A stretch of DNA of 63,768 bases, filler included, from Lenisia limosa (GCA_001655205.1; 20 parts of 20 records of this genome joined end to end with filler, not necessarily neighbours in it); one strand, 5' to 3'; counted from the first letter of the whole stretch, positions 40,908-54,420 are shown. A program made the numbers and translations. Notes: generated by a model not told the origin, from the letters alone.

Positions 40908-42040
40908 TTAGAGTCCCATTTCCTTGATCGCCCTCCTGATGTCCGCGATGCTGAAGCCCTTATACGGACAATACGCATCAGCTCGTCGGCTCAGTACCTC
41001 CCAGGTCCGGTCAGAGTATTTGTTGCCAACTGACGCCAATGTGGCGCGAACCTGTGGCGTGAGGCGTGAGGGGTAGGGCATTGATTAGGAAATGCCAATG
41101 CAAATTGAATGCAATACACAATATGAACAAAAAGTGGAAGACACAGTATAGTATGTATGTCCGTCGACTAGAGCATTATCACCACCCCCACCTGGCTTGG
41201 CGGAAGGACATCAGCCATGTTGGCCAGGTCCGGTTTGATGCAGCCGACAGCTCCGATCTCGGCTCCGAAATTACGCGAGTCGGTAATGCTTCGTTGTGAG
41301 GGTTCGTGGAGGTCTGTCCGGACTGGGGGGGGGGGGGNNNNNNNNNNNNNNNNNNNNNNNNNNNNNNNNNNNNNNNNNNNNNNNNNNNNNNNNNNNNNNN
41401 NNNNNNNNNNNNNNNNNNNNNNNNNNNNTCTGAAATCCCCATTTGTTGATTGACAACAATAATCCACATAAGAACAAGACAACGACCACGCACTTGAAGG
41501 AACGCCCATTGCCATTTCAGTGCTCTGCTGCGCCAACATGTTAGCCGATGTCTGAGGCCTTCTGCCTTTAACCTGAGTGGCATTCCACTTGCTACGCCCT
41601 ATCGTCGGGTCAGAATGAGTAGACTAAAGTTATTGACCCGAGGTAACAGTATTAATTGGTCGTTTTGGGAGTATTCGAACTGAGTTTGCCCATATCCTCG
41701 ATTCAACTTACAATCAAGAAAGAAGAAAAAAAAGGGGTCCAAAGATCTAACCCCCATTCGTACCTAACAATTCATCATCCTTCATCCCCTCTTCTGTGGT
41801 GGACTCATGGATTGCCAAAGCTGCAACGGTGAAGAAGGGAGACAGTTTCATGAGCTTCAAAAGCTGTGAAGACAAAGACGTCACGACTTCCTCCCAGTCA
41901 ATGAAACAGATTGTTTATTGTTCGCAATACCAACCGGTTTCAGTTTTGCGGGTGTGGAAGTTGGTGTTGCAGAGGTCTGTTTGTCTGCCAAAGACCTTAT
42001 CGTCCGACACTCCGATATCGTTAATTCTGGGGGGTCAATA
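40908..42040 (-). CDS. Hypothetical multi-exon protein, 3' end
   Basis: Exons ...LANMADVLPPSQ|VRATLASVGNKYSDRTWEVLSRRADAYCPYKGFSIADIRRAIKEMGL* with GT-AG borders. Upstream exons are less certain. Confidence 0.4.
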
Positions 42041-42531
42041 TGAGAGGGCTGTGGGTTAGGCCTGAGTGAAGCGGATTGCACGCACCTGGCAGCCACTCCG
42101 ATCCGTCTGTTGTCCCACTGTTTCGCCTGAAGCGCGGACGCTGGCTCCACACTACTTCATTAATACTGTAAGCAATAGATTTATTGCCCCCCCCCCCCCC
42201 NNNNNNNNNNNNNNNNNNNNNNNNNNNNNNNNNNNNNNNNNNNNTTAATTAATTAANNNNNNNNNNNNNNNNNNNNNNNNNNNNNNNNNNNNNNNNNNNN
42301 CCCCCCCCCCACACCCCTCGAAATTCTAACACTAGTACTGGTTCATAAACTGTTTGATACTTTGTGTGGTCTCAGGGTGTTGCTTCTTTTTGGCATTTCC
42401 CGATTCAAAAACAGTATTTTACTTTGTTTGTTTTGTTGTTATCATTCCTTGTGTGTTGTCAGGCAACAGAGTTGAGGGCTCTTTTTGTTTCATAAATTTT
42501 CCAGTTTTACTCCCTCCCCCCTCCCTCCCAG

Positions 42532-43156
42532 GTGGTCGAAGGCGGTGGTGATGGAATTTACCGCAAAATCACACGAAAGAAGAAGCCCGCAAAACTCGAG
42601 GTTTGGAGCATTTCTGTATTTCTACAGTTTCTTTTTTTTTTCTGGAAATTACTGTTTTTTTTTCAATTCGTTACATAAATCAAAACTGCTAAACGTGCGT
42701 TATTCCAAAAACATACAAATTTTCTATCGATTATTTATTAGCTCATCGATTCAGGTGGTTAGTCAGGAAGATTCTTCATTTTCGATTCCGCTTCTCCTCG
42801 GGGAGTCTGAAAAATCCGTCAAGGTTAGGGCAGTAATGTTGGGGTTGCCTTAGTGAAGGAGTAGCCTTATTTAGTATGTTATAGTTGCCTTATTAGGAAG
42901 GTTGTTCACTTACTATGTACGGAACAATTACCTTTTCCCCTCATACACCCCTCCTCTCTCTCTCTCTCTCTCTCTCCACGCCTATCTGTGCTTGTTTAAT
43001 TCATCAAATGTCCGTTTTCTTTTCTTTTTTTTTCTTTTTTGTTGCTTTGTTCTTTTTTGTTTCACTTTTTTCCAGGTCATCAAAAGACGGCGGCGAGTGC
43101 GGCGGCGTGTAGCAGGCCGCGTTGAGTCCGAATCCGAAGAGGAACTGTTTATTGAG
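42532..43156 (+). CDS. Three short phase-0 exons of a hypothetical charged protein
   Basis: 42532-42600, 42755-42823 and 43076-43156, each flanked by CAG and GT. Confidence 0.5.
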
Positions 43157-43470
43157 GTATCTTCTTACTTGGTCGAGGGTTTTTTGTGGTATTTGTTGTG
43201 TTTTTGTATATTATTTGTACAATTCCTAAAAATGGTTATTGGTTGCACAGTCTTAATCACCACCCAAATATTCCCGACTGGCCTGGGCTTTGTTCAGTTG
43301 ATCTGGGCTTTTTATTCCAATTAACCGCCGCCCCCCCCCCCCATTACCCCATATAAATCCCCCCAGATAANNNNNNNNNNNNNNNNNNNNNNNNNNNNNN
43401 NNNNNNNNNNNNNNTTAATTAATTAANNNNNNNNNNNNNNNNNNNNNNNNNNNNNNNNNNNNNNNNNNNN

Positions 43471-45269
43471 TCAGCTCAATTCCAGCTTCAACCCTGATCC
43501 AATCGGGGATGTCTGAGGTGTGGTACATGGTGGCCAGGTTTGTGACTGGGTTTCGCATGACGGCGCACTGGGGAGAGGAGATTCGGGTCAAATTAAGGGG
43601 GAATATCGGGGACGGTTCAAGGATATTTCAGATGAAGATGATGTTGGTAAAGAATTCACCACTATCATCATCATTATCTCTAGCATTACCATCACTATCA
43701 TCATCACTAGTTTAATCATCATCATCATCACTATCCTCCTCATACAATCACCATTATCACTCTCATCACCACCACCATGCAGAGGCATACCTTAATTAGA
43801 TCAGGCATCTTGGTAGCAAGATGTCCGGATATAAAGCCCCCATGGGAACCTCCAAGACTCGCTGTGATAATAAATCAAAAACAAAAAAACAAAATTGTTA
43901 TAATAATGGTAAAAACTTAAAATGGGGTTGTGATTGTTTATGTGAAAATTATATCTTCTGATTATTATTATAATGCGAAAAAACTAAACTATTGTTTTGA
44001 TGGTGAATATATCTTCAAGCTTATCTAACTCGTTGCACCACACTCACCAATTCGGGTATCATCAACAGGGAAATTGTCAACGACGTGTTCAATTGCCTAA
44101 AAGGAAATATTAAAGAAGAATAAAAATGTGTTCTATAAAAATATCACAACAGAAAAAAAAAATAATTTTTTAAAAAACAACACAAAATATATCAAAAAAA
44201 CAGATCATACACTGAAATCGCAATATCAATCACCGTCACTTTCATCATCAATTCTTCCATCATCATTATTAATAATAATCNNNNNNNNNNNNNNNNNNNN
44301 NNNNNNNNNNNNNNNNNNNNNNNNNNNNNNNNNNNNNNNNNNNNNNNNNNNNNNNNNNNNNNNNNNNNNNNNNNNNNNNNNNNNNNNNNNNNNNNNNNNN
44401 NNTCTGCACCTTGTCCAGTTGAACCGCTGAAGCTAGGTACCAAGATGTTCAGCCCTTAATTGTGAAATATGAGAGAAATAATGGAGAGAACAAAGCGAAA
44501 ATATGAGAGAAAATCATCATCATTATTACCATCATCATCATCATCATCATCAGCATTATCAACAACATCATCAGCATTATCAAACATCTTCATCCTCATC
44601 AGCAGAAACAACAAAAACATCATCACCCACCCATTAGCGCCAAAAATGCCAGCATGGGGTTGTAGGTTGTTGGCATGCATCCATGAGGCCCTCCATGCGG
44701 CACTACTACCTGTGGGGGCAAAGTTAAATAATTGATGATAACAAAAAAAGTCCACAATCCACTCCATTCATTTTGAAGAAGAATATTGGCATAGGGGGGG
44801 GGGGGGGGNNNNNNNNNNNNNNNNNNNNNNNNNNNNNNNNNNNNNNNNNNNNNNNNNNNNNNNNNNNNNNNNNNNNNNNNNNNNNNNNNNNNNNNNNNNN
44901 NNNNNNNNNNNNNNNNNNNNNNNNNNNNNNNNNNNNNNNNNNNNNNNNNNNNNNNNNNNNNNNNNNNNNNNNNNNNNNNNNNCCAATCCTCCCCCTGACC
45001 AGAGGATGTCTGTTTGTTTCTTTGTTGGCAAAGTGTCCCTCTGGATAGTTAGGGAGAGGAGAGTAATAATTATTGGAAGCTTCTAAAAGACGAAATTTCA
45101 CGAAAACACTCAAAAACTATGGACATTTTGTCGGTCTTGTTCAGACCAGCGAGAAAACCAACAAATGAGAGATCCCCACGTACTGGGGTAGGCTTTGATC
45201 AGAAACATGGATGGGGTTTCGTCTTCCTTGTTGCGCCGAATATTGACAACTTCCAAGGAGGACAGGAGA
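43471..45269 (-). CDS. APEH: Acylamino-acid-releasing enzyme (S9 family) C-terminal catalytic region
   Basis: Spliced HPL|VVVPHGGPH, GLNILVPSFSGSTGQG, nucleophile motif GGSHGG and CAVMRNPVTNLATMYHTSDIPDW, collinear with APEH. Introns contain (CAT)n repeats. Confidence 0.88.
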
Positions 45270-45565
45270 NNNNNNNNNNNNNNNNNNNNNNNNNNNNNNN
45301 NNNNNNNNNNNNNTTAATTAATTAANNNNNNNNNNNNNNNNNNNNNNNNNNNNNNNNNNNNNNNNNNNNGAGAGGGGGGGGGGTTGAAGTGTCAAAGAAA
45401 TGTTGGTGAAGAATTGTGTCCACATCATGAAAAAAAAAACATGAAATCAATTATAAAACGAGAAATAAAAAAATAAGGTTGTATTTGGCCGAAGCCGTCC
45501 ACACCATCTTCTAAGAGATAATGGGTTTCACCCAATCATTATAGCCCAAATACTCCCCCACACAC

Positions 45566-48052
45566 CAGAGTACTCTTCATTCCAAGAAAGGGAGGTGATG
45601 TGCCGTTTCTTTGTTTTGGGGCTTTGGAAGCGCCAAAGTGGCAAAAGTGACCCACTCTCTCGGACCTGCTCCAATTAAACTCAAGGGAAAATTTAAGTAT
45701 AACTCCAGGAAAAATTAAAGTGTCACTCCAGTGAAAAACCAGGTACAACTTTCGGTAAAATCCAAGTAAAACTCAGGCAACATGGAAATCCAAATAAAAA
45801 AAACTGACACTAGTACATATTGAAAACATTTTTGAACATAATGGTATAACCCACACCTCTATCAGACACCCCACCCCACAGCATCGGTGCCATCTTCCCA
45901 GTATTTGAAGTCGAGAGCCACATCCTCGAATGTGTTCTGATTCACCATTCGCTCCATGATCTATGATCGTTAGTTGATTCATCATTCGCTCCATGATCTA
46001 TGATCGTTAGTTGATCCACCATTCGTTTGATCGTCTGCGTAACCCAGCATTATACTGTGTACTCCCAGCATTAAATCCACCCACCTTAGAAGCACTGTCA
46101 AGCTTGCCTTGAAGATTGTCTCCCGAGTGTCTGTCTGTTACTCGGTCTATAACGGGGTAATATTTCAATTTCATTTTGTCATATAATAATTTCAAACTTT
46201 GCATTTAATTTCTTCAAAAAAACTCATTGTATCAAGCCCAGAACCATTTGATAAACAAATTACAAATATAAAAAAAACAACAGAAAAACTGGAGAAACAC
46301 CTTTTTTAATCCCTTTCATTCTCTTTTCCCAGTGAACGTTTTCCCTTTTTCCTACTTAGCAACGCGGTGTTTTGGGTTTCGGGGCGGAGGCGAACCGACC
46401 GTGACTTGTCCTTATTGTTCTTTCGCTTTTCTAAGAGGGTCAGTGTTGCCAATATAGTATAGATATGAGAACTAAAACAAGGTTGTATCTGGCAGAAGCC
46501 GTCCACAATCATGCTTGAAAGAGGAAAGAGATATTGGAGTATAGTATCTGCCCGAAGCTGTCCACACCATCATGCAAAAAAATATTGGATCACACAGCTT
46601 TCTGTCTCCCCAGCATACATTGTAGCAAAATAGAAGAGTAATAACTAATTGGGGGTATGTATTATAAAGGTAAATCGTTCTTCTCTTCGGTGCCAAACTA
46701 TTTCTACACATTATAATACCATACGTTATAGAGCAATATAAATAAAATAGTAATGCCCCATGATTTGCTATTATTTCAAGTGACTTTTGAAAACCCTCCC
46801 TCATCCCACTTCGATGCACCCCCACCTTTTTTGGTCATAATTCAACCACACACACCCTGATCCTTCATAAAAGCGTCATGGATCACCCCCCACCCTGGTC
46901 CTGGATAAAAGCGTCATGGATTTCCCATTGGCTGACTGAGCCGCTGAAGGCCTTCCGCGGAGGAGGTTCTGTCATAGTACTATNNNNNNNNNNNNNNNNN
47001 NNNNNNNNNNNNNNNNNNNNNNNNNNNNNNNNNNNNNNNNNNNNNNNNNNNNNNNNNNNNNNNNNNNNNNNNNNNNNNNNNNNNNNNNNNNNNNNNNNNN
47101 NNNNNNNNNNNNNNNNNNNNNNNNNNNNNNNNNNNNNNNNNNNNNNNNNNNNNNNNNNNNNNNATCGGATTACAAGTATGTAGTATGTATGTATACTAAA
47201 TAAATGATAAAAAGAGTATATACTACAGAGGGCTTCACTTTGGTCCGAAAAAACCTGGAAAATATATTCAGATAGTTTTCGAGGATTTATATATATCATC
47301 ATATCCTATTGTAGATGGTGTTAAAATTAGGGCCAGATACAATCTCCATCTCATCTCTCCATATCCCAACTTGGGCTTCACTTCGGTTCGAAAAAAGACT
47401 GAATTTCTCGATAAATCCTAGAAAACTATCGATATTTTACCAGTCTTTTTCGAAACGAAGTGAAGCCCCAGTCCCAACCCACTCTCTGGGGGTGTGCAAG
47501 GGCCTGGAGTGCACGGTCACTATAGTTGAACTGATTGCGGAGAATGGTGCCTGACGACTCAATAGGCTGGGAGGTGAGGGGAGGGGGGGGTAAGCCTGTT
47601 GGCTGACAACACACGACAAAGCCCAGGCCAGTCACCTGTGCGGAATAAAACGAAAGTCAATGAAGTATATACTATGTATGTATATGCATATGCATATCAT
47701 ATGATAGATAATATTATCTAAAGAAATATAAACTTCTTTAAATTGCCCAATAAAAAAGCTCATCCCTTGATTATACTAAATCAAATGTAGGGCTGCGTGC
47801 AAATAATTATTTGAAGAAATTAAATATTAAAGTGTCTGAAATTGAGTTTATATTACAATGTGTTGCACTTCAAATTTTACGATAATTCTCTCAATTAATT
47901 GCACGGAGCCCTAATTAAATGTACTTTTGTTCAATACACAACTAATCGGGCCAACCTCGTCACTTCCGACAGCAAGGTCCGACGACAGGTCAGGGAGGGT
48001 TGGCGTGGACATCATACTAGCGGTGCGTTCCATGGCCTGCTTAATTAAGAGG
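45566..48052 (-). CDS. DNAI1: Axonemal outer-arm dynein intermediate chain 1 (IC78/DNAI1), internal part
   Basis: [59 protein letters not shown] and [24 protein letters not shown] match DNAI1 motifs in order. Confidence 0.9.
47790..47911. mobile_element. MITE family E (about 120 bp; TIR GGGCT(C/G)CGTGCAA; TA flanks)
   Basis: TA|GGGCTGCGTGCAAAT...ATTGCACGGAGCCC|TA. Other copies at 61770-61888 and about 61242-61377, and a partial copy at about 50498-50560. Confidence 0.85.
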
Positions 48053-48287
48053 NNNNNNNNNNNNNNNNNNNNNNNNNNNNNNNNNNNNNNNNNNNNTTAA
48101 TTAATTAANNNNNNNNNNNNNNNNNNNNNNNNNNNNNNNNNNNNNNNNNNNNTGGCCGAAGTTGTCCACACCATCACGCTTAGTAAGAGATTAAATAATA
48201 TTACAACAGAAGAAAAAGCCAACATAACCTATCCTTGGCGATTCAGAAGGAAAATGATCAAGAATATCCAGATAAAAATAATCAAAA

Positions 48288-50107
48288 CTAAAGAAAGATC
48301 AAGATCAAGATTATGGTAAAAGAAAAGACCAATATCAAGATTATGGTCCATATTAAAGAAAAGATGAATATGAAAGATCTCCGACGCTCACTGTTCAAAT
48401 GTCGGTTCTTCATTGAGGATTGCTGCGGAGTACTGGGAGGGACAATTAAACATGGTACAATTATAAAAAACACTTTGGTCTTATTATAAAGCACAGTTTC
48501 AAATAGGCCACTCCACAATAAACCAAATTAAAACAAAACAAATAAGAGCAACACCCCTCCCCCCACTCTGATATGACCACTGGCAGGCCGTCTCGACTTC
48601 TGTTTAGTTAGGGGGTATGGACATGGACATGTTGAAATAAGAATCAAAAACAACATATTACCCCTAGGGCTTCACTAGGTTTGAAAAACGTCTGAATTTT
48701 TTTGATAAATCCTCGTTAACTATCGATATTTGACTGGTCTTTTTCGAACCGAAGTGAAGCCCTAATTACCCCACCCCACAATATTCCCGAGTCCCCAGGG
48801 CTCAAAGATGATGAATGTGAAAGGGATAGTCCGCCACTATGGGGGTGGCTGGAAAACGGCACATCCACTGCAGCACTTCTCTGGGGGGGAGGGGTGGTTA
48901 TGAAATTGGAAACTTTACGAATAAAAAAAACCCACATCAACTCTGTTGGCTGACAACACACGAGGGTTGAGAACAACAAAACAAACAAATCCCGGTCCTG
49001 TCGCTTCTGCAGCGCATCACTATGGTGGGGGAGAGGGGGGTTGAAGGTATAATATATGCATATGTTCATGCAACATCAGATGCAGATCGATATAGTACAA
49101 TATTATATACTACATATGATTTATATAGCAATGAGAAATAAAAAAAAAAAAGATTGTATTTGGCCGAAGCCGTCCACATCATCACGCTGATAGAGATATT
49201 GGAAAATAGTGTACTATTAATCCACCCAATCATTCCTTACAACTCTGTGCACACAGAGTTCTGCGTGCCTCCCCAGCATACCTACAAGGATTAGATTCAT
49301 GAATAAGGACAATAGCCCCTGCATAATAACCCAGGTAGGCCCCCTAAATCATTTGCCTTACAACTCTGTCCACACAGCTTTCTGCGTGCCTCCCTAGATA
49401 TTATACATATTTTTCTGACAATGCCCCAAATCGCCTCACTTCTATGGGTGAAGTCGGTGGCTTCAGGGGTGTGGAGCATCCTGAGGGGAGTGAAACGAAG
49501 GACATTATACAAAAACAATAACACCCATAATGGCAATAATTGTGCTAAGCACACAAGTGTTGAAAACAAAACAAAAAACCCCATGCCCTGCCCAGTATTC
49601 TGAACAAAGGGAAGATAATAGAGATGAGGGGGGGGGNNNNNNNNNNNNNNNNNNNNNNNNNNNNNNNNNNNNNNNNNNNNNNNNNNNNNNNTGACAACAC
49701 ACGAGGGTTAAGAACAACAGAGTTCAAAAAGATTGATATGAGATCGATTGAAATATGAAAAACCTAGACCAAAGATCCCTTGTCCATTAATATAAACTTG
49801 ACCAAAGATCCCTTGTCCATAAATATAAACTTGACCAAAGATCCCTTGTCCATGAATATAAACTTGGCCAAAGATCCCTTGTCCATTAATATAAACTTGG
49901 CCAAAGATCCCTTGTCCATTTTTTAACTGGATTATAGATCCCTTGTCCAATAGATTAGATCACAGATCCTCTCGCCCGATGGCAGGGCGAGAGAAGATGA
50001 CAAAAATCCCACCCGATGATAGGGCACGAGAAGACGATAAGTCGCCGCCAGCCACACCGCGCCATGTCATCACACTGTTCCGTCGGCCCAGTCGGCTCTT
50101 CGGCACC
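48288..50107 (-). CDS. Hypothetical multi-exon membrane protein
   Basis: Phase-consistent exons RRFGALGPTWVIMQGLLSLFMNLIL, RSAAVDVPF..., SRDGLPVVIS and a terminal hydrophobic exon. Acceptors have C-runs and one has CTAAAC; donors are of the GTGGGG type. Linkage of the 49960-50107 exon is uncertain. Confidence 0.4.
48895..49020 (-). repeat. Dispersed repeat family D (GCAGAAGCGACTGGCCTGGG...GTTGTCAGCCAACAGAGTTGA...TTCATTAATTTTCCAATTTTAC), about 130 bp, no TIR seen
   Basis: Copies at about 19838-19909, 29670-29742, 29900-29985, 42450-42510, 47590-47645, 49691, 51770-51888, 59525-59635, 59655-59760, 59970-60032, 62730-62822 and 62995-63035. Confidence 0.85.
49768..49950. repeat. 33-nt minisatellite, about 5.5 copies
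   Basis: Unit (G)ACCAAAGATCCCTTGTCCATTAATATAAACTT with single-base variants. Confidence 0.95.
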
Positions 50108-52315
50108 TGGGGGAATTATATGACATTATGATACACTGTTTCATGGAGAAAAGGGCAATTATGAGCTACTATTGGGGGGGGGGGGNNNNNNNNNNNNNNN
50201 NNNNNNNNNNNNNNNNNNNNNNNNNNNNNNNNNNNNNNNNNNNNNNNNNNNNNNNNNNNNNNNNNNNNNNNNNNNNNNNNNNNNNNNNNNNNNNNNNNNN
50301 NNNNNNNNNNNNNNNNNNNNNNNNNNNNNNNNNNNNNNNNNNNNNNNNNNNNNNNNNNNNNNNNNNNNNNNNNNNNNNNNNNNNNNNNNNNNNNNNNNNN
50401 NNNNNNNNNNNNNNNNNNNNNNNNNNNNNNNNNNNNNNNNNNNNNNNNNNNNNNNNNNNNNNNNNNNNNNNNNNNNNNNNNNNNNNNNNNGGCATATTTT
50501 AATGTAAACTCAATTTCAGACACTTTATTTCAAATTTTGTGAATAAATTTCTGCAATTATAAACTAATATAGTAAGTACTATACGAGGAATATTATTTTA
50601 TGGTTGTCGAGGTAGAAATTTTATAGAGTATATAGTATATCATTTTTTATGATATGAGAGTCGTTTGTATCCAACCTCAGATTTCCTTGACATAAACAGG
50701 GAGGANNNNNNNNNNNNNNNNNNNNNNNNNNNNNNNNNNNNNNNNNNNNTTAATTAATTAANNNNNNNNNNNNNNNNNNNNNNNNNNNNNNNNNNNNNNN
50801 NNNNNTCTCTCATGTATAGTGCCATCAAGCAAGGCGGCTGGCTGGTCACTCCGTCTCTTCAGCTTTTGGCTTGGTCGCTGTGGGAGCTGGTGGAGCGTGA
50901 AATAGAGAGTTATTGCGTCGAATGATGAAATAGAGTTATTGTGTCAAATGATGAAATGGTGGTCATGCTGTGACATGATGTGTTGATGTAAGGCAAATGA
51001 TTGAATGAATTGATAATCATCCCATATCTCTGATAAGCGTGATGGTGTGGACGGCTTATTTTTTATTTCTCATTGCAGTGTTTGCACTACAAAGCTTATC
51101 CTTCCTACTTATCCCCCCCCCCCACTTCGATATCGGAGTCCACGTCGCCGCTCATGACCTGCGCGTGGCTGGGAGGGTCGGAAGTCGGAAGCGGGTCCAG
51201 AGAAAGTACCGACGGGTCCGTTGAGGCCTTTCGGCTGTCCTGGAGGGGGTGAGATAATCCCTGGACCATGGCGAAAGCGAACCTCTAACTTCATTATCGT
51301 TTTGTTGGAATAAGTACAGCTTCCTAACAATCCCAAAAAAGCAACTACTCGAAACCCCTCAACAAACCCTCCATAAACCCTCCAAAAAACCTTGATAAAT
51401 CCTCGATAAATATCGATATTATGTCCTCATGATAAATATCTATGTTATGTCCTCATGGATATTTGGACAGCAGGGGCCTGGGGTGTGCCACTCACTTCGT
51501 CGCTTTGCTGGTAGACGGAGGATGACGGGTCGGAGTGATACGAGGTGGGGACGGAAAGGGCGGGGGAAGGCTGCGAGAGTAACAAAAACCTTTCCACGCA
51601 AAATCAACAAAGAACAAAACGTATGGAAAGAAATAAACAGAAAGAAATAAAACACGAGGAAATCATCATAAAAGTAACAACAAAGTAAGCACGACCACCA
51701 ACGAGGCGGATGTCAACAGGCTGAATGATAGCGGCAGGGGGTGGCGGGCCAGCCTGGGATGTCAAGAATAAAATTGGAAAATTTATGAAATAAAAAAGCC
51801 CAAATTAACTTTGTGCTGACAACAGAAAGGGTTGATAACAACAAAACAAAAAAAGCCCAGGCCAGTCGCTTATGCAGCACCGCATCGCNNNNNNNNNNNN
51901 NNNNNNNNNNNNNNNNNNNNNNNNNNNNNNNNTTAATTAATTAANNNNNNNNNNNNNNNNNNNNNNNNNNNNNNNNNNNNNNNNNNNNAGTACTCCTCCA
52001 AAACCCCCACTTCACCGCCGCCGAAATCGTTCATATCGGGCGCACCAATCACTGGTGGGAATCGCAAAGAGTTTGAAAATTTTGTTTGAATATTCATGTT
52101 TTTGACATCTTGTTAATCATGTTTCTTGACATTTTTTTTCTTGTTATTATCATGTTTTTTGACATTTTGTTGTTATTATCATGTTTTTTGACATTTTTTT
52201 CTTGTTATTATCATGTTTTTTGACATCTTATTATTATCATGTTTTTTGACATCTTGTTTTGATATCTTGTTTTGACATCTTGTTTTGACATCATGTGGTG
52301 TTTATATGAGCATTT

Positions 52316-53765
52316 ATGCTGAGTTCTGAAGACATGCCTTTTACGATCATAGGCGCATCATCTACATCAGTTACACAGGTTACACTCAAGAAGAAGGCTG
52401 TAGCATACTCAGCGAAAGTGGCTGACCCACCAGTCCAATCCGCACACATTCTGACCCATTCAAAGCCGCCTTTTCCCTCACCATTCCCAACTCTACAGTC
52501 TGATTTACCTTCAACCCTTCCTTCAACACTTCCCTCCATTCCACCTTCAACTCTCCGGCCCGCTATGCCTCCTAAGCCAAGTACAGCCGGGGACGCTCTT
52601 GTAAACAGTGAAAAGCCCCGCTCAATTCCCACGCTAACTGGTAGGGGCATATTTATTGATGCATTAGTCAATATCCCCTACCAACACCACCACCAATACA
52701 TACATACATATGATATACTCTTGCAAACTATGACAAAAACCTTACTCCTTTCCTCAATTCCCATTTTGGTACTATTCAGACAATTGAGTACCACATATTA
52801 CGGAGAGATGAGAAATAAACGACATAATATATTTAAATAAAACAAAAAAAAATAAACTCTATTTGACTGTATTTCCAACCACTTCGATCATCCGTAACTC
52901 TTGATTTTCTTTAGGAACAAAGGAGCCAATCGCTGTTCTCTCTTCCTCCACCCCCACAAACGCCTTAGTAGCCAGCCCCACTCAGTAAGCTCCCTTTGTC
53001 AGAATCTAAAATAGACCTTCACTACGGTCTGGAAAAAGACTGGCAAAATGACGATATCTATAGGATTTATCGAGAAATTTGGTCTATTGAAACTAGGATC
53101 AGGAAAATCCTGCGCAAGTGGTTGTTATGACTGTTTATCTCTCCCTTGATGAGGTGAGCTTTTACCGCGATAGATCCGCAGACCCAAGTCGGCTTCTCCC
53201 TGTTTGCTACGGCGAACTTCGAGACCTGCCGTTCGGACTGGTGGAAGGCACTATGTACCCTCCGCTCATCTACGTTACCATCATGATGGACAGTAATANN
53301 NNNNNNNNNNNNNNNNNNNNNNNNNNNNNNNNNNNNNNNNNNNNNNNNNNNNNNNNNNNNNNNNNNNNNNNNNNNNNNNNNNNNNNNNNNNNNNNNNNNN
53401 NNNNNNNNNNNNNNNNNNNNNNNNNNNNNNNNGCACAATCATCTTTTTTGGAAAATGAATATTATTATATCACCAACTCCTTTGCTTTCAGTTTTCATCA
53501 AGTGTGTGGTATATCATATCATATTGCTAGTAATTCGAAAGACATTTGTAAACCCAGTGTGCAACAACAGTCTACTTGTCTAAAAATTATAGACATTCTC
53601 AAAAATGACACTTTAGTCGATCGTATCGCCAGGTACCACAGAGGTTCACGAAATATACAGCCTCTTCGACCCCCACAACCACTATCTCAAGGAAGGGGCA
53701 AGCCTTTCCGCCAACCCCCCGCACTTCCCCATGGTCGGCATCTCCTCAAGTACCACTTTAGGCCA
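52316..53765 (+). CDS. Hypothetical protein with a Pro/Ser/Thr-rich segment and a possible PH-like C-terminal helix
   Basis: Long P/S/T-rich frame to a GTAGG donor at about 52642, then exon-like DPQTQVGFSLFATANFETCRSDWWKAL and HEIYSLFDPHNHYLKEG. Confidence 0.35.
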
Positions 53766-54099
53766 GGTGGGATGGGGGGGGGGTCTAATTGGAGGAAGGG
53801 GGGATACATGTACTNNNNNNNNNNNNNNNNNNNNNNNNNNNNNNNNNNNNNNNNNNNNTTAATTAATTAANNNNNNNNNNNNNNNNNNNNNNNNNNNNNN
53901 NNNNNNNNNNNNNNCTCAAAAATTAATGACACCATTTTGGAATTAATGACACCATTTAGGACCGTGAGCATATAGTATATCATAAAACGTAGATAATAGG
54001 GAGAACCCAAACATTGTTCATACATACTGGACACAACCCTTTAATAATCTAATTGCCTCGAAGTCCTGGCGCCCACTATCCTTTATTCATGACTATGAC

Positions 54100-54420
54100 C
54101 AACCATTGCAATTGAGGAGGTCAACAAATTTGTCAGTCCAGCTTGTTACCAATGATGTACAATCAACCTGTAGAACTGACCTGCAAAAGTTGTTCTCTAC
54201 AGTTGGACAATTCAACTGGCTTGACTCAACCTATGTTTCATCTTTCGGATGTGTTAAAGTTCACAGTCCACGACCCCTTCTGAACAAACTGTGCTCCTAT
54301 GTTGGCATGTGGTCACTTCTCTACTGCCTCATCTGGCTCGGTAGGTGTCGGCCTGGTATGGATCAAATATGAGCATGGATCTGGCATTTATGAATGTGAC
54401 CATGCAGGCAAAGATCTCAT
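54100..54420 (-). mobile_element. Possible third degraded pogo-like DDE_1 fragment
   Basis: RSMLIFDPYQA resembles RSLLVWDSFRAH, and a frameshifted VKPVELS resembles VQPLDVS. Many stops. Confidence 0.25.

Noticed and set aside
49768-49950. CRISPR-like array
   Set aside because: The units are head-to-tail with no unique spacers, in a eukaryotic context with no cas genes.
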